The notes under the pieces: model-generated
Database searches by the model: none
What the model was told of the DNA's origin: nothing
Seen by the model: the letters and a program-made list of their open reading frames with translations, nothing else
Part shown: positions 32,446 through 44,766 of the stretch, piece by piece
How positions within the stretch are numbered: position 1 is the first letter of the stretch
Layout of the letters: each line of letters starts with the position of its first letter
NCBI RefSeq assembly: GCF_006345805.1
Contig: NC_043003.1
Span: 51,398,001 to 51,462,000, forward strand
DNA from: Octopus sinensis
Taxonomy: Eukaryota
DNA length: 64,000 nucleotides
Direction: 5' to 3'
Translations under genes and position numbers: made by a program

Positions 32446-32972
32446 GCTTTTACCTTACTAAAGTAGTTACTAACAATCATCCCCTTTCTTATCAGACATC
32501 GTTGTCGGCGTCCCCGTCGGCATTGGTTTTGTTATTCCCATCGGCTTTGACACTCGTCTTTTCCGTGATGGCATGAAACAAACACACAGACTGTGTTTTC
32601 ATTCTCGACAGCAAGTAGTGTAAGGAATTTAGCTTGTTTGTCTAAGGGTCTGACCATGTAGAGGTGAAAAGGGAAGGTTTATGTATGTATGCATTTATGT
32701 ATATATATATATGTATGAGTATGTGTGTGTATGCGCGCGCGCAGACACACACATACACTCACATATAGACATATACTTACAAATATACGCAAACATGCAA
32801 AATCATATATGCATACACACATGTACGTATATATATATAACCACACATCCTCACGAATGTGTGGTTATATATATATTCGTATTTCATGTTGTTTACGTTC
32901 TGTGACGTCCTTTACCCATATATGCATATATATATATACATATATATGTATGTAGATATATGTATGTATATA

Positions 32973-33051
<79 letters not shown>

Positions 33052-33054
<3 letters not shown>

Positions 33055-34189
33055 TAGCTGAAGGTAACCCGCTCTACGCGCGGGTAAGAGTGTGGTTGTT
33101 ACTTTCTGTTGCTTCCTTTCAGCACGTAAAAAGCACTTTTGAACTTGATGTAAAAGAAAATCCCTAAAAACCAAGTTTTGAATTGATTCTTTCTCACGAC
33201 AGTAGACTCATGATGGCAAGCATTCAAAACTTCTTCGTCATGGACGGCAACACATTGACGATTAAAAGGCTGGCGCAAATTTTTTAGCTTGATGTAACAG
33301 AGAATTGCTAAACACCCGCTCCTTTAAATTTTAATCCCCTTTCAGCCCCATTTAGACCCCTTTTCACATTTTGGTTAATATAACCCGATTTCATTTGGGT
33401 CTACTGGGGCCACATTTTATAAGATGAGGACTCAACCAAGTTTCCCAAGTTCTGGTCATAGACCATAGAACACTCAACCAAGTTTTCCGAGTTCTAGTCA
33501 TAGACCATAGAACAGTCAAGCAAGTTTCCCGAGTTCTGGTCATAGACCATAGAACACTAAACCAAGTTTCCCGAGTTCTGGTCATTTGCAGAATAAATAG
33601 AGACGGCGGAGGTGGCAGACGTCGTTGCAATGTAAACATGATTTGTTTTAAGAGAAAGATTGTCCAGATTGTGTGTTGGTGGTGGTGGTGGCGATGATAA
33701 TTATCTTTAAGAATGGAGATAAAGAGAAATTGAATGGGAGTTAGAGGTAGAAAGAGAAGGTGTAAATTTTGGAGTGAATCCGACGGGATGTAGTGGGCTT
33801 TAACCCCGGCAAAAACAATAACATCTGTTGCGATTCTGAAAGAGGTGAAATAGGAATATTGAAACTTTTGCGGCTGTCATTGATAGACTCGTTGTAGAAT
33901 AAATAGAGACGGCGAAAAAAGAGAGAGCTCGAGAAAGAAAAGGTGATATATGAAAGAGAGGGCGGGAAAATGAAATATTTTGCAATGTAAAAATGATTTG
34001 TTTTAAGAGAAAGATTGTCATGATTGTGTGTTGGTGGTGTTGGTGGTGGCGATGATAATTATCATTAGGAAAAAGAGTGAGTGAGTGAGGAAGACATACA
34101 TAAGTTGTGGCGATGATAATTGTAGACCCCTTTTCACATTTTGATGAAGAGAACCCGATTTCATTCGGGTGTACTAGGGCCACATATAG

Positions 34190-34257
<68 letters not shown>

Positions 34258-34361
34258 ACGCTGTAGAAATTAAATTAGAGATGAAACCACTAATAGGGAA
34301 ATGAAACAGTAAAATACCAAAAACAAAAACATAAAAATAAAAATATAATATTAGATATATG

Positions 34362-34403
<42 letters not shown>

Positions 34404-34800
34404 GACAGGTAGACAATAGAATGCGATGGCGATGGCGATGACGATGTAATATTTGTTTCTGTCTATGAACGCTGATAGATACATGAGTAAAATATATGGG
34501 AAGCTAAGAGATAAGAGTGAGTGAAAATGTTCTTGGAAGAGAGGAAAACGACAGAGTGATTTGAGGAAGACTTTACATTAAATAACCGTAGTGGCATTGT
34601 CATATGAAGAGGAGTGAGAGGGTACTCGAGGAAATAGGGTGAGTGAGGAAGATGGCCCCTAGCAACCACACCTTTTAAGATAGGGATTTCTATCGAGCAT
34701 CGTCACGTCATTCTACATGTCCCTGTAAATTTTGGAGCGAATCGGACGGGATGTAGTGGCATTGAAAGCGATCCAAGCGGTAAAAACGCATTTCAGTTTT
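33052..34800 (+). mobile_element. Helentron/Helitron-like non-autonomous element with internal repeats, inside (TA)n
   Basis: 5' ATACTAGCTG..CCCGC-tctac-GCGCGGG subterminal hairpin; 3' catttcagttttatata; internal duplicated modules 33352-33415/34122-34185 and 33590-33706/33897-34065. Confidence 0.5.
33431..33585. repeat. 42-bp tandem repeat, about 3.7 copies
   Basis: ctcaaccaagtttcccaagttctggtcatagaccatagaaca units start at 33431, 33473, 33515 and 33557. Confidence 0.9.
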
Positions 34801-34815
34801 ATATATATATATATA

Positions 34816-34869
<54 letters not shown>

Positions 34870-34936
34870 GTATGTGTGTATACATATATATGTATGTATG
34901 TGTGTGTGTGTGGAGAGAAAGAGTGAGAAACAAATA

Positions 34937-34984
<48 letters not shown>

Positions 34985-35266
34985 TAAATTAAAGATAAAA
35001 CCACTATTAGGCAAATCAAACAATGAAAAACTGAAGCCAATACATAAAATTAATTAATTTATATTATTTTAAATATATATCAAAAGTATTAAAAGCTTAA
35101 TAAAAGAAAATCATATATATACATATGTATGTATGTACGTATGTATGTATATATGAATGTATATATATATATATATACGTATGTATATGTATGTATGCAT
35201 ATGTATATATATGTGGGTGTATATATATTATATATATATATAATATATATATATATATATAATATA

Positions 35267-35382
<116 letters not shown>

Positions 35383-35402
35383 TATATATATATATATATA
35401 GA

Positions 35403-35436
<34 letters not shown>

Positions 35437-35479
35437 GGGGGTGGGGAGAATTCACAAAAAAAACAAAAGACAATGACAG

Positions 35480-36165
35480 AAGTTCTGGACGGTTTCCTTG
35501 TTTAAGTTGGTGAATGCTGCCATGATTTTTTCCTTCAATTCACCTTTGGTGTTACAAGGAGTCTTGTTGGTCTCTTGCCCAACTTCGCCCCACACATAAT
35601 AATCAAGGGGTTTGCAGTCTGGGGAGTTAGGTAGCCAAATGTTATGGGTGATGTGGTCGCAGAAATTGTCTGCCAACCACGACTGGGTTCTCCTGCTTCG
35701 TGTGGCATTGCGCAGAGTTCTGTTGCCAGACATAGGGTCTTCCAGCAGCCGCCATCTTGACCCAGGGCAGCACTACCACCTCCAGGCACTTGATGTAGAT
35801 CTTCGCGTTGATAAGGGGGTGCAAAGGTGGACCAGAAACATCTGATCAGAGTCTGAAGCCGTGTGAGAAGATGAATTGAGGCATAACATCCCCATCACTA
35901 GTGATCATTCCAAACATCATGATGCTGACTAGATGTTTGATTTTTATCACTCTCGACAGTAATTTTATTCAGCTGAATAGACGTCATTGACTGGTTGAAA
36001 TTACCGAAATACGATAACTTTAAGGTGAAATAGCTTCCTAAATATAAGTTTTTCTCAAAAATGCTAAGAGTAAAACATGTTTTATATGACACATTCTACC
36101 AGTGTCCGAAGTTTGAAAGTGTTTAGTTACAAAAAATTATTTTTTAAATCTGTAGGTCAAAAGGT
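35480..36165 (-). mobile_element. maT-type (DD37D) Tc1/mariner fossil with internal deletion
   Basis: RPYVWQQNSAQCHT...NIWLPNSPDCKPLDYYVWG; 37 residues separate the second and third catalytic positions. Confidence 0.8.
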
Positions 36166-36485
36166 AAAGATATATATATATATATACATACGTACAATAT
36201 GTGTGTGTATGTGTGCGTGTGTGTGCGTATGTGTGTATGTATGTGTGTGCGTGTTTATATATGTGTGTGTGTCTGCGTTTGTGTTTGTCCCCCACCACCG
36301 CTTGTCAAGTGGTGTTGGTTTACTTACGCCCCGCGTAACTTAGCGGATCGGCAATGAGGAAAAGATAGAATAAATACCAGGTTTGAAAAAATAGGTACTG
36401 TGGGTCAATTTGTCCGACTAAACCCGTCAAAGTGGTACTCCACCATGGCCGCAGTCCATTGTCTGAGTACAAGCTGAAGAATGAA
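36165..36485 (+). mobile_element. SINE family 2, 3' part
   Basis: tttgtcccccaccaccgcttg...cgtaacttagcgg after (TG)n. Confidence 0.75.
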
Positions 36486-38039
36486 AGCAAAAATAACTAA
36501 ACAGCCCCGTTGCAAAAATTAAGAAGTTAAAGTAAGATCGAAAGTGGGCTGGAGAGAAAGAAGTTAAGTGAATAAATAAATAACATAGAAAGACTTCATA
36601 TTTTTATTTGACGACCTGATGTTTTAACTGTCTTATACTGTCTTTGTTAGGTTTGTCAGGGCTTCAAACTGGCATATTTGTTTACAGTAAAATTGGGTGT
36701 TTACTTCACGCTAAATCCACAAACTAAATATGTCTTTGTTCACATTCTTAGATCTCGTACAATCTTCTTTGTCCATTGTTGTTGTTGTTATTGTTATTGT
36801 TGTTGTTATTATTACAGAGCAAGTTAACTTGACACGGAGCAAGCAAACTTTCTCGAGAAGTGCACCACATGAGACATTACTCATTATCAGGCGGGCCGCA
36901 CTGCCAAAGAAGAAAAAAAAATCGTGGTAATTTTTCGTCAGGCGTGCTAATTAGAAAGTCACTTTTGCTGAAGAAAACATCGCATCGCTTGGTTCGAGAA
37001 TCAAAATCACGATTTGGCGATCGTGAACGCAACACCCCCTTACCTCTAGGTCACGCACTTTCACTCATGTGTTTAAGATATCTGTTTAAAGGTGTAGCGT
37101 ACAGCCGGCCTTACGTTCACTCGAACGTCCACAAAATGGTGACCCAGTGTCAGACTAATTGACCAACCATTCTAATTTCACCTCTTCGCTACAGTTATGT
37201 CCATTTTTTTATTATCGCCGTTTTATCTTCTACAAAACGTCTTGTAGGGAGGGGGGCTATGTAGCGTACCCTTAGTGAAATCCTCTCTCTCTGACATATA
37301 TAACACAAATACTTCAAAAGATGAAAAGTGGTGTTTTACTTTTGTATGGCTACAAAACCTGAACCTGAAGAAGAAAGAAAATCATATGGATTTCGTCATA
37401 CTCAGTCATAGAATAATCGGAAGTAAGATATATGCTAGCAACACACTATGTAATAACATAACTTTGATTCACCTGCTTCATATAATAAATTTGTTCTCCA
37501 CGAAAAATAAATGAAACGAAATCAAACTGAAGCGTGGAATTTTGTTTTATATCCTGATTACATTGTAATATTGACTCTTACTAATTTAGTGAGATTTTGC
37601 TGCTGCGTTTGATTAGTAAAACACAGCATCGAGGTACAGTTATTAACTTGTGATTTCAGGTTAAACAATACGGAGAATCTTTCTTCACGGACACACCAAG
37701 TTGTGAAGAGAACCAAACACAGTCATAGACCTGATCACCAAGAGAGGTGATAAACTATCTTGGTGCTAGGCTGGTCTGCTTCCACCTAAAGTGCTTGACA
37801 TGGAGCCCAGCCTTTTCGAAATAATTTCTTATTCCTTGTCTTTTCAGAAGTCAATAAAATCATTCCCTGGTTCACTGTTTTCACTCGTTGTTGATATATC
37901 AAGCTACCAGGCGAGAAATATTTCTTGATCTAAAGAAATTTCATGTTAAGACCATTTAGTCGCAGTCCGATAAAACTCGCGTAAAAATAAACAAGTACAA
38001 TATGAAGGGTATTTCAGAGGTAACAATTACTCAATAATC

Positions 38040-38432
38040 CTTTCTACCATAGGCACAAGGCCTGAAATTTGGACGGGGGTGCTATTCGATTTCATCGACC
38101 CCAGTGCGTAACTGGTACTTATTCAATCGATCCCGAAAGGATGAAAGGTAAAGTCGACCTCGGCAGAATTTGAAGTCAGAAAGTAGCAGCAGACGAAATA
38201 CCTATTTTTTTTACTACCCACAAGGGGCTAAACGTAGAGGAGACAAAAAAAGACAGACAAACGGATTAAGTTGAAATACATCGACCCCAGTGCGTAACTG
38301 GTACTTAATTTATCGATCCCGAAAGGATGAAAAGCAAAGTCGACTTCGGCGGAATTTGAACTAAGAACGAAACGGCAGACGAAATACGGCTACGCATTTT
38401 GCCCGGCGTGCTAACGATTCTGCCAGCTCGGT
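38040..38432 (-). mobile_element. SINE family 1 tandem dimer
   Basis: Core repeated at about 38095-38200 and 38280-38390. Confidence 0.85.
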
Positions 38433-38612
38433 GCTTTAACAATTATTAAATAATATAAAAATAATAATAATGAAATTATTGTATACAGTGCTCTGGTGCA
38501 CCACAACTTGTCAGAAAGTGCGTATAAAGTATATGCAGTAATGTAGAAATGTCTGGAAAGCGAACAATGTATGAGTCAGATACATGCTTGTGTGTGTATG
38601 GAGGGGAGAAAA

Positions 38613-41360
38613 TCAAGTGTAGTGTTGGCGAATCTCAGGAAGCATGGAAGTTTTGAAGGATGCAGTGCTCCGACAACTAACAACTGATGCCGGCAGTTTG
38701 TTCCATGCTTCAGCGACTCTCAGCGTGAAAAAATATTTCCTGAAGTCATGGGAGCTGTGCTGTTTTCTTACTTTGTAAATATGTCCACGGGTGTTAGATG
38801 GGTGGAGTTTGAAAAGGTGCTCAGAGTTATTGTTTGTACGATGGTTGATAATTTTATGGGTGTCTGCCAAGTCAGCTGCCAGACGTCGGAGTTTCAATGT
38901 GTCCATGCCCAGGGAAGTAAGGCGTTCAGGATATGGCAAATGCCTGATGGAGGGTATTCTTTTGGTTGCACGTCGCTGAACAGCTTCCAGACGATTGATA
39001 TCCTGGGCAAGATAGGGGTTCCAGACCGGTGATGCAAATTCCAGGTGAGGTCTTACCATAGCTATATAAAGCCGCAGATAGATAGCCGGAGAGCGGCTCA
39101 CAAAGGATTTGGTAAGTGATGCCAAGACACCCTCAGCCTTCTTAACAATTTTAGCGATGTGTTTTGTCCAACGCAAATCACTGTCGACAATAACACCCAG
39201 GTCACGTTCACATGAAGACTTTTTGAGATTAGTGTTGTGGAGGGAGTTGGTGGACGCTGGGTTTCTCCTCCCAAAATGCATGGTGGTACATTTGTCCACA
39301 GCCAGCTTGCGTTGCCAGTCCATGATCCACTGCTGCATTGTGTCCAGGTCTGCTTGCAATAGAGATCTATAGTGTGCAGGATTTGCCCTCTTTATTTCGA
39401 GGTACAGCTTGATGTCATCTGCATATTTCAGCACTGTGGCATTCTTTAAGTTGGCATCTATGTCATTAACATATGCAACAAATAAAAGGGGGCCAAGAAC
39501 AGATCCCTGTGGTACACCAGATGCCATCTCATAGGGCGAAGAGTGCTGTCCTAGAACTGTGACAACCTCTTTTCGGCTGAAAATAAAGGACTTCAACCAG
39601 TTATAGAGTTCGTCTCTTACATCCAACGAAGAAAGCTTCACCATAAGTCTTTTGTGTGGCACAGAGTTAAAAGCCTTGGCAAAGTCCAGGTAAACAACAT
39701 CCACCCATGATCCGCGATCAGTGATTTGGGTAACGTCCTCAAGAAACTCGATGAGTTGATTACAGCAGCTGGAGTTAGGAATAAATCCGAATTGTGACGG
39801 CTGGATGAGGCTGTGAGACTTCCAGAAGTTCCAGAGGGTTTCTCTGATACAGGATTCCATCAGTTTGGCGATGCAGCTAGTAAGACTGACGGGGCGATAG
39901 TTGGCAGGCGATGTGCGGTCGCCTTTTTTGAACAGAGGGATGACACTGGCAGTTTTCCACTGTTCTGGAGTAACACCATTGTCAAGACAGAATTGGAAGA
40001 ATAGAGAAAGTTGGCTTAGAAGAAAGTACCCACCGCGTTTGAGAAGTAGGTATGTAACACCATCGAGACCAGGAGAGGCATAATTGCGTTTATTCTTAAG
40101 GTGGCGTTGCAGCATTGCTGGTGTAAATTGCATAGTAGATATAGAGTCCGATATCAGTGGTGATGAAGATGGAACATTTTGGTCTTCGACAGCAAAGATG
40201 CCGGCGTAGCATCCAGCAATGATTTCTGCACATTCTTCGGGATTGCCAGTAATCTTTCCTGTGTGGGGATTGCGAAGGGGACCAACTGGAGAGTGGGATC
40301 TCTGCTTTGAGTGCACATACTTCCAGAACACTTTGCTGCCAGGGTTAGCTGCAATGCGTTGTTCAAATTCAAGCACTGCCTTTTTTGTCACCTGCTTGAG
40401 GTGGTTGGCTGACCTATTGCGCTTTTTCCTGTTGCTCTCTGATTTGTGCAATTTGCATTCCTGTTCAGCATTACGGCGTTCTTTCCTGGCAAGTCGGACT
40501 GTTGCAGTCTCCCAAATTGCACTATTGGGTGGTTTTTTGTGCTTGCGTGGTACTGATGCTGCACACGCTGCCCATATTGAATTCAGAATGTTCTGGAGTA
40601 TAGTGTCCACATCTCCAGAGGCATAAAATTCGCGCCAGTTTGGGCGTTGCAGCTCAGTACAATAAGAGCTCCAGTTTGCTTTATTCCAGTCAAAGCGGGC
40701 AGTCTGAAGATGGTTGTGTTTTTTGTTACAACCAATCAGAGACAAGTCGGCCATGGAATGATCAGAGTCACCTAAAGGTTCTTCGATAGTGACACTAATG
40801 ATTGTTTCAGGAGAAGCGGTTAGTAGCAGATCCAAAGTGTTGTTACCCCTTGTGGGGGAGGTAACAACTTGGGACCAATTTGAATTCAGCACCAGTTCAA
40901 GGAAATTGTCTGCACTTTGCGGCCAACGGAAGGCCTCCCAGTCAATCTCAGGGAAATTGAAGTCCCCCGCAATATACACATATGTGGCTGTTTTCATGGC
41001 AGCAGCTCTGAGGATATCAAAAAGCTGTGCGTCTTGGCGATAATTTGGAGGGCGGTAAACGACTCCGAGCAGAAGTGTTGACATGGTCATGTGTATATTG
41101 CAGAAAAATACCTCCTGCTGAGATTGGTTCAAATCATCACAGGGTATTGCCGATAGACTTGATCGAACATAAATCATCACACCCGCTCCACGGCGATTAA
41201 TGCGGTCTTTGCCGAACAGGTTGTAGCCGGCTATGCTGAAAACTCCATCACAGAGTGCAGAGTGTGCCCATGTTTCCGTGACTGTGATGAAATCTGGGTT
41301 GATACTTTTGACGTAGGAGACAAAAAGATGCACCTTGTTGCATGAACTAAGGGCATTCAA
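38613..41360 (-). CDS. LINE ORF2: AP endonuclease plus reverse transcriptase (frame open from 41474)
   Basis: TETW, YRPP, GDFN, DLLLT, SDH; NYRPVSLTS, LDFAKAF, GVPQGSVLGPLLF, YADD. Confidence 0.95.
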   Translation of the reverse strand: MNALSSCNKVHLFVSYVKSINPDFITVTETWAHSALCDGVFSIAGYNLFGKDRINRRGAGVMIYVRSSLSAIPCDDLNQSQQEVFFCNIHMTMSTLLLGVVYRPPNYRQDAQLFDILRAAAMKTATYVYIAGDFNFPEIDWEAFRWPQSADNFLELVLNSNWSQVVTSPTRGNNTLDLLLTASPETIISVTIEEPLGDSDHSMADLSLIGCNKKHNHLQTARFDWNKANWSSYCTELQRPNWREFYASGDVDTILQNILNSIWAACAASVPRKHKKPPNSAIWETATVRLARKERRNAEQECKLHKSESNRKKRNRSANHLKQVTKKAVLEFEQRIAANPGSKVFWKYVHSKQRSHSPVGPLRNPHTGKITGNPEECAEIIAGCYAGIFAVEDQNVPSSSPLISDSISTMQFTPAMLQRHLKNKRNYASPGLDGVTYLLLKRGGYFLLSQLSLFFQFCLDNGVTPEQWKTASVIPLFKKGDRTSPANYRPVSLTSCIAKLMESCIRETLWNFWKSHSLIQPSQFGFIPNSSCCNQLIEFLEDVTQITDRGSWVDVVYLDFAKAFNSVPHKRLMVKLSSLDVRDELYNWLKSFIFSRKEVVTVLGQHSSPYEMASGVPQGSVLGPLLFVAYVNDIDANLKNATVLKYADDIKLYLEIKRANPAHYRSLLQADLDTMQQWIMDWQRKLAVDKCTTMHFGRRNPASTNSLHNTNLKKSSCERDLGVIVDSDLRWTKHIAKIVKKAEGVLASLTKSFVSRSPAIYLRLYIAMVRPHLEFASPVWNPYLAQDINRLEAVQRRATKRIPSIRHLPYPERLTSLGMDTLKLRRLAADLADTHKIINHRTNNNSEHLFKLHPSNTRGHIYKVRKQHSSHDFRKYFFTLRVAEAWNKLPASVVSCRSTASFKTSMLPEIRQHYT

Positions 41361-41422
41361 GGACAGCAGTTTATATCTGGATTTCAGATGATGATATACA
41401 GGGGATGGCTGATTGTTCTTGG

Positions 41423-42187
41423 TTAGTTTCCCAAGATGTTTGTATTGCCAGTTGTTGTTGTGGGTGTAGTCTGCTCAGTCCAACTGGCATCCCTTATCCA
41501 CGACTCACCAGACTTGACAAATTTCCAGATCTGCCCATCTTCGCGGAGGCTAAAACTCTCCCGTGGTACAGAGTTGCGATTTAGAGAAGCCACAGATCTT
41601 AGCTTTGGGCGTACATCGGGTGGTAGGCCAGGACGTGTTCTAAAGTTGATAATGTTGTGACGCCGAGCTCTGTCAGCAGCCAGATGGAATGTCCGCGCTT
41701 CAGTAAAGCCCGTACACAACAGCCTGATCAGCCTGGGTTTGGATCCCGGTCGGCCAAGGCGGGAAGCACTTTTTGGAGGGACACAGCTGAGATCCCTAGC
41801 TGTGTTTCCAATGAATGCCTGCAGATCTGCCACATCTTCCGGCACTCTGATGGCTATTAATTCATGAGTGGCTGGTTCAGCAACTCCCTCGATGCGTTGA
41901 GGTTCTGTACGAGCTACAGGTAAGTTGCTGAGCAGGGCACTCCGATATCACCCTTCGCTGCGAGTTTTCGGACAGACACTGGTTCTGAGTCCTGCTACTT
42001 CACGACTCAAAGCAGAAATCATTCGTCTAATTTCTGCAACTTCTGTGCTGATGGTCGATCTCTGTTTTAGTTGGGAAGCATCTATAATTATGGTTTCGAT
42101 GCCCATCCGTTTAAAGTAAGTCAATTCCATATTTGGCATTTGGCAGAATCGTTTGAACTTTCCGACAAAATTCTTGCGCATATTCAT
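41423..42187 (-). pseudogene. LINE ORF1 (about 254 codons) with one in-frame TGA at 41948-41950
   Basis: Track ORFs 41948..42187 and 41423..41845 are in the same frame, joined by 34 open codons. Confidence 0.8.
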
Positions 42188-42189
42188 CT

Positions 42190-42715
42190 TTTACATTTTA
42201 TCTTTTACTCGTTTCAGTCATTAGACTGCGGTCATGCTGGGGCACCATCTTGATGGGTTTTAGTCGAACGAATCGACCCCCCAGTACTTGTTTTTAAGCC
42301 TGATATTTAGCCTATCGACCCTTTATGCCGAACTGCTAAGTTACGAGGACGTAAGCATACCAGCACCAGTTGTCAAGAAGTGGTGGTGGTGGTGGTGGGT
42401 CAAACATAAACACAAAGGCACACACACACATACACACACACATGCACACACACACACATTCGTACATACACACATAAACATATATGTACATACATACATA
42501 CATATATAATACATACATACATACATACATACATACATACATACATACATACATACATAAATTATGTATTTATATACACATATATACATATGTGTCTCAT
42601 TCAGTTTCCGTCTACCAAATGAGTTCACAGGGCTTTGGTTAGCCCGGGGCTAAAACAGAAAAAAATTGCTCAAGAATTCATGCAGTAGGCTTGAACTCGG
42701 AACCATGTGGTTGGG
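42190..42715 (-). mobile_element. SINE family 2 whose tail abuts the LINE ORF1 ATG
   Basis: Head at about 42700, internal (TATG)n, tail gagtaaaagataaaatgtaaaag|ATG. Confidence 0.8.
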
Positions 42716-42816
42716 AGACCTTTTAACTTTCTGCATTCAAATTCTGCCTCACTCGGCTTTTTTCCTTTCATTCCTCTGGGGTTGATAAAATAAAGTACCA
42801 GTTAAATACTAGGAAC

Positions 42817-42991
42817 CATGGGCCCGGGAACAGGGGGGAGGGGCAGAGGGTTCAAACGCACCCCACTAAAATTCTTGTGGGATGCAAAATCAAAATTTGC
42901 ACCCCCACCTTTTCTCGGGTTTAGCAAACAGTGAATAAAGAGTGATCTGTATAAAGTAGCTTGAATTAGGTTTCTTCTCAAAGAACAAAGG

Positions 42992-43025
<34 letters not shown>

Positions 43026-43833
43026 AACAAATTCAAAATGCGATAAAATTAAATTAATTATTATCGCTGGTATTTCTAGCACAAGCCATATATTATTCAT
43101 ATATAAGTACATTAAAAGGCGAAGTATGTACTAGAAACACAGAAGCTTGATAAATTTAGTGAAATGAAGATAAAAACGTTTACTAACTCGGTTCCTCTTA
43201 GACTGCAGTTTCGTTCTTTTCAGTAAAAAAAATAATTTAATTACTCAGGGAGAATTCATCGGTAAGAGCCCTGTTATTGTGAAATCGCACCTCCCTAGAA
43301 ACATGTGCGTCTAATAATTTGCTCTCTCTAACTAATCAGATCACTGCGCAGACGCAGAACGTACCCGACAAACTAGGGATTTCTGGTATATTGTCTAACG
43401 CTCAAAATTTATCGAGAAATATGTAAACAAATTCAAAATGCGATAAAATAAAATTAATTATTATCGCTGGTATTTCTAGCACAAGCCATATATTATTCAT
43501 ATATAAGTACATTAAAAGGCGAAGTATGTACTAGAAACACAGAAGCTTGATAAATTTAGTGAAATGAAGATAAAAACGTTTACTAACTCGGTTCCTCTTA
43601 GACTGCAGTTTCGTTCTTTTCAGTAATAAAAATAATTTAATTACTCAGGGAGAATTCATCGGTAAGAGCCCTGTTATTGTGAAATCGCACCTCACTAGAA
43701 ACATGTGCGTCTAATAATTTGCTCTCTCTAACTAATCAGATCACTGCGCAGACGCAGAACGTACCCGACAAACTAGGGATTTCTGGTATATTGTCTAACG
43801 CTGGTATATTGTCTAACGGTATATTGTCTAACG

Positions 43834-43871
<38 letters not shown>

Positions 43872-44766
43872 AAATTCAAAATGCGATAAAATTAAATTAA
43901 TTATTATCGCTGGTATTTCTAGCACAAGCCATATATTATTCATATATAAGTACATTAAAAGGCGAAGTATGTACTAGAAACACAGAAGCTTGATAAATTA
44001 GTGAAATGAAGATAAAAACGTTTACTAACTCGGTCCTCTTAGACTGCAGTTTCGTTCTTTTCAGTAAAAAAATAATTTAATTACTCAGGGAGAATTCATC
44101 GGTAAGAGCCCTGTTATTGTGAAATCGCACCTCCCTAGAAACATGTGCGTCTAATAATTTGCTCTCTCTAACTAATCAGATCACTGCGCAGACGCAGAAC
44201 GTACCCGACAAACTAGGGATTTCTGGTATATTGTCTAACGCTCAAAATTTATCGAGAAATATGTAAACAAATTCAAAATGCGATAAAATAAAATTAATTA
44301 TTATCGCTGGTATTTCTAGCACAAGCCATATATTATTCATATATAAGTACATTAAAAGGCGAAGTATGTACTAGAAACACAGAAGCTTGATAAATTTAGT
44401 GAAATGAAGATAAAAACGTTTACTAACTCGGTTCCTCTTAGACTGCAGTTTCGTTCTTTTCAGTAATAAAAATAATTTAATTACTCAGGGAGAATTCATC
44501 GGTAAGAGCCCTGTTATTGTGAAATCGCACCTCACTAGAAACATGTGCGTCTAATAATTTGCTCTCTCTAACTAATCAGATCACTGCGCAGACGCAGAAC
44601 GTACCCGACAAACTAGGGATTTCTGGTATATTGTCTAACGCTGGTATATTGTCTAACGGTATATTGTCTAACGCTATATATATATATATTTATATATCTA
44701 AATGACCTTATTTATAAAAGATTTTGGGCCTGGGTTTTCACTCCGTAAGTGAATTTCGTTCCCGAG
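42817..44766. mobile_element. hAT-type non-autonomous element carrying a tandem array
   Basis: 8-bp direct repeat CTAGGAAC at 42809-42816 and 44767-44774; left end catgggcccgggaac, right end gttcccgag (short TIR). Confidence 0.5.
43024..44673. repeat. 400-bp monomers in A-B-A-B higher-order arrangement
   Basis: Monomers start at 43024, 43424, 43867 and 44264; diagnostic variants (ctccctag/ctcactag) alternate. Confidence 0.9.

Larger units (their letters stand above)
38448..42187 (-). mobile_element. Near-full-length CR1-group LINE (ORF1, ORF2, 3' UTR, (ATT)n tail)
   Basis: Coiled-coil plus RRM-like ORF1, open APE-RT ORF2, 3' end gcactgtatacaataatttcattattattatt. Confidence 0.93.

Noticed and set aside
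33431-33585. CRISPR-like array
   Set aside because: Head-to-tail repeats without unique spacers, no cas genes, eukaryotic context.
37650-37745. Plus-strand exon candidate (RLNNTENLSSRTHQVVKRTK...)
   Set aside because: Weak donor, no partner exons and no recognisable similarity.
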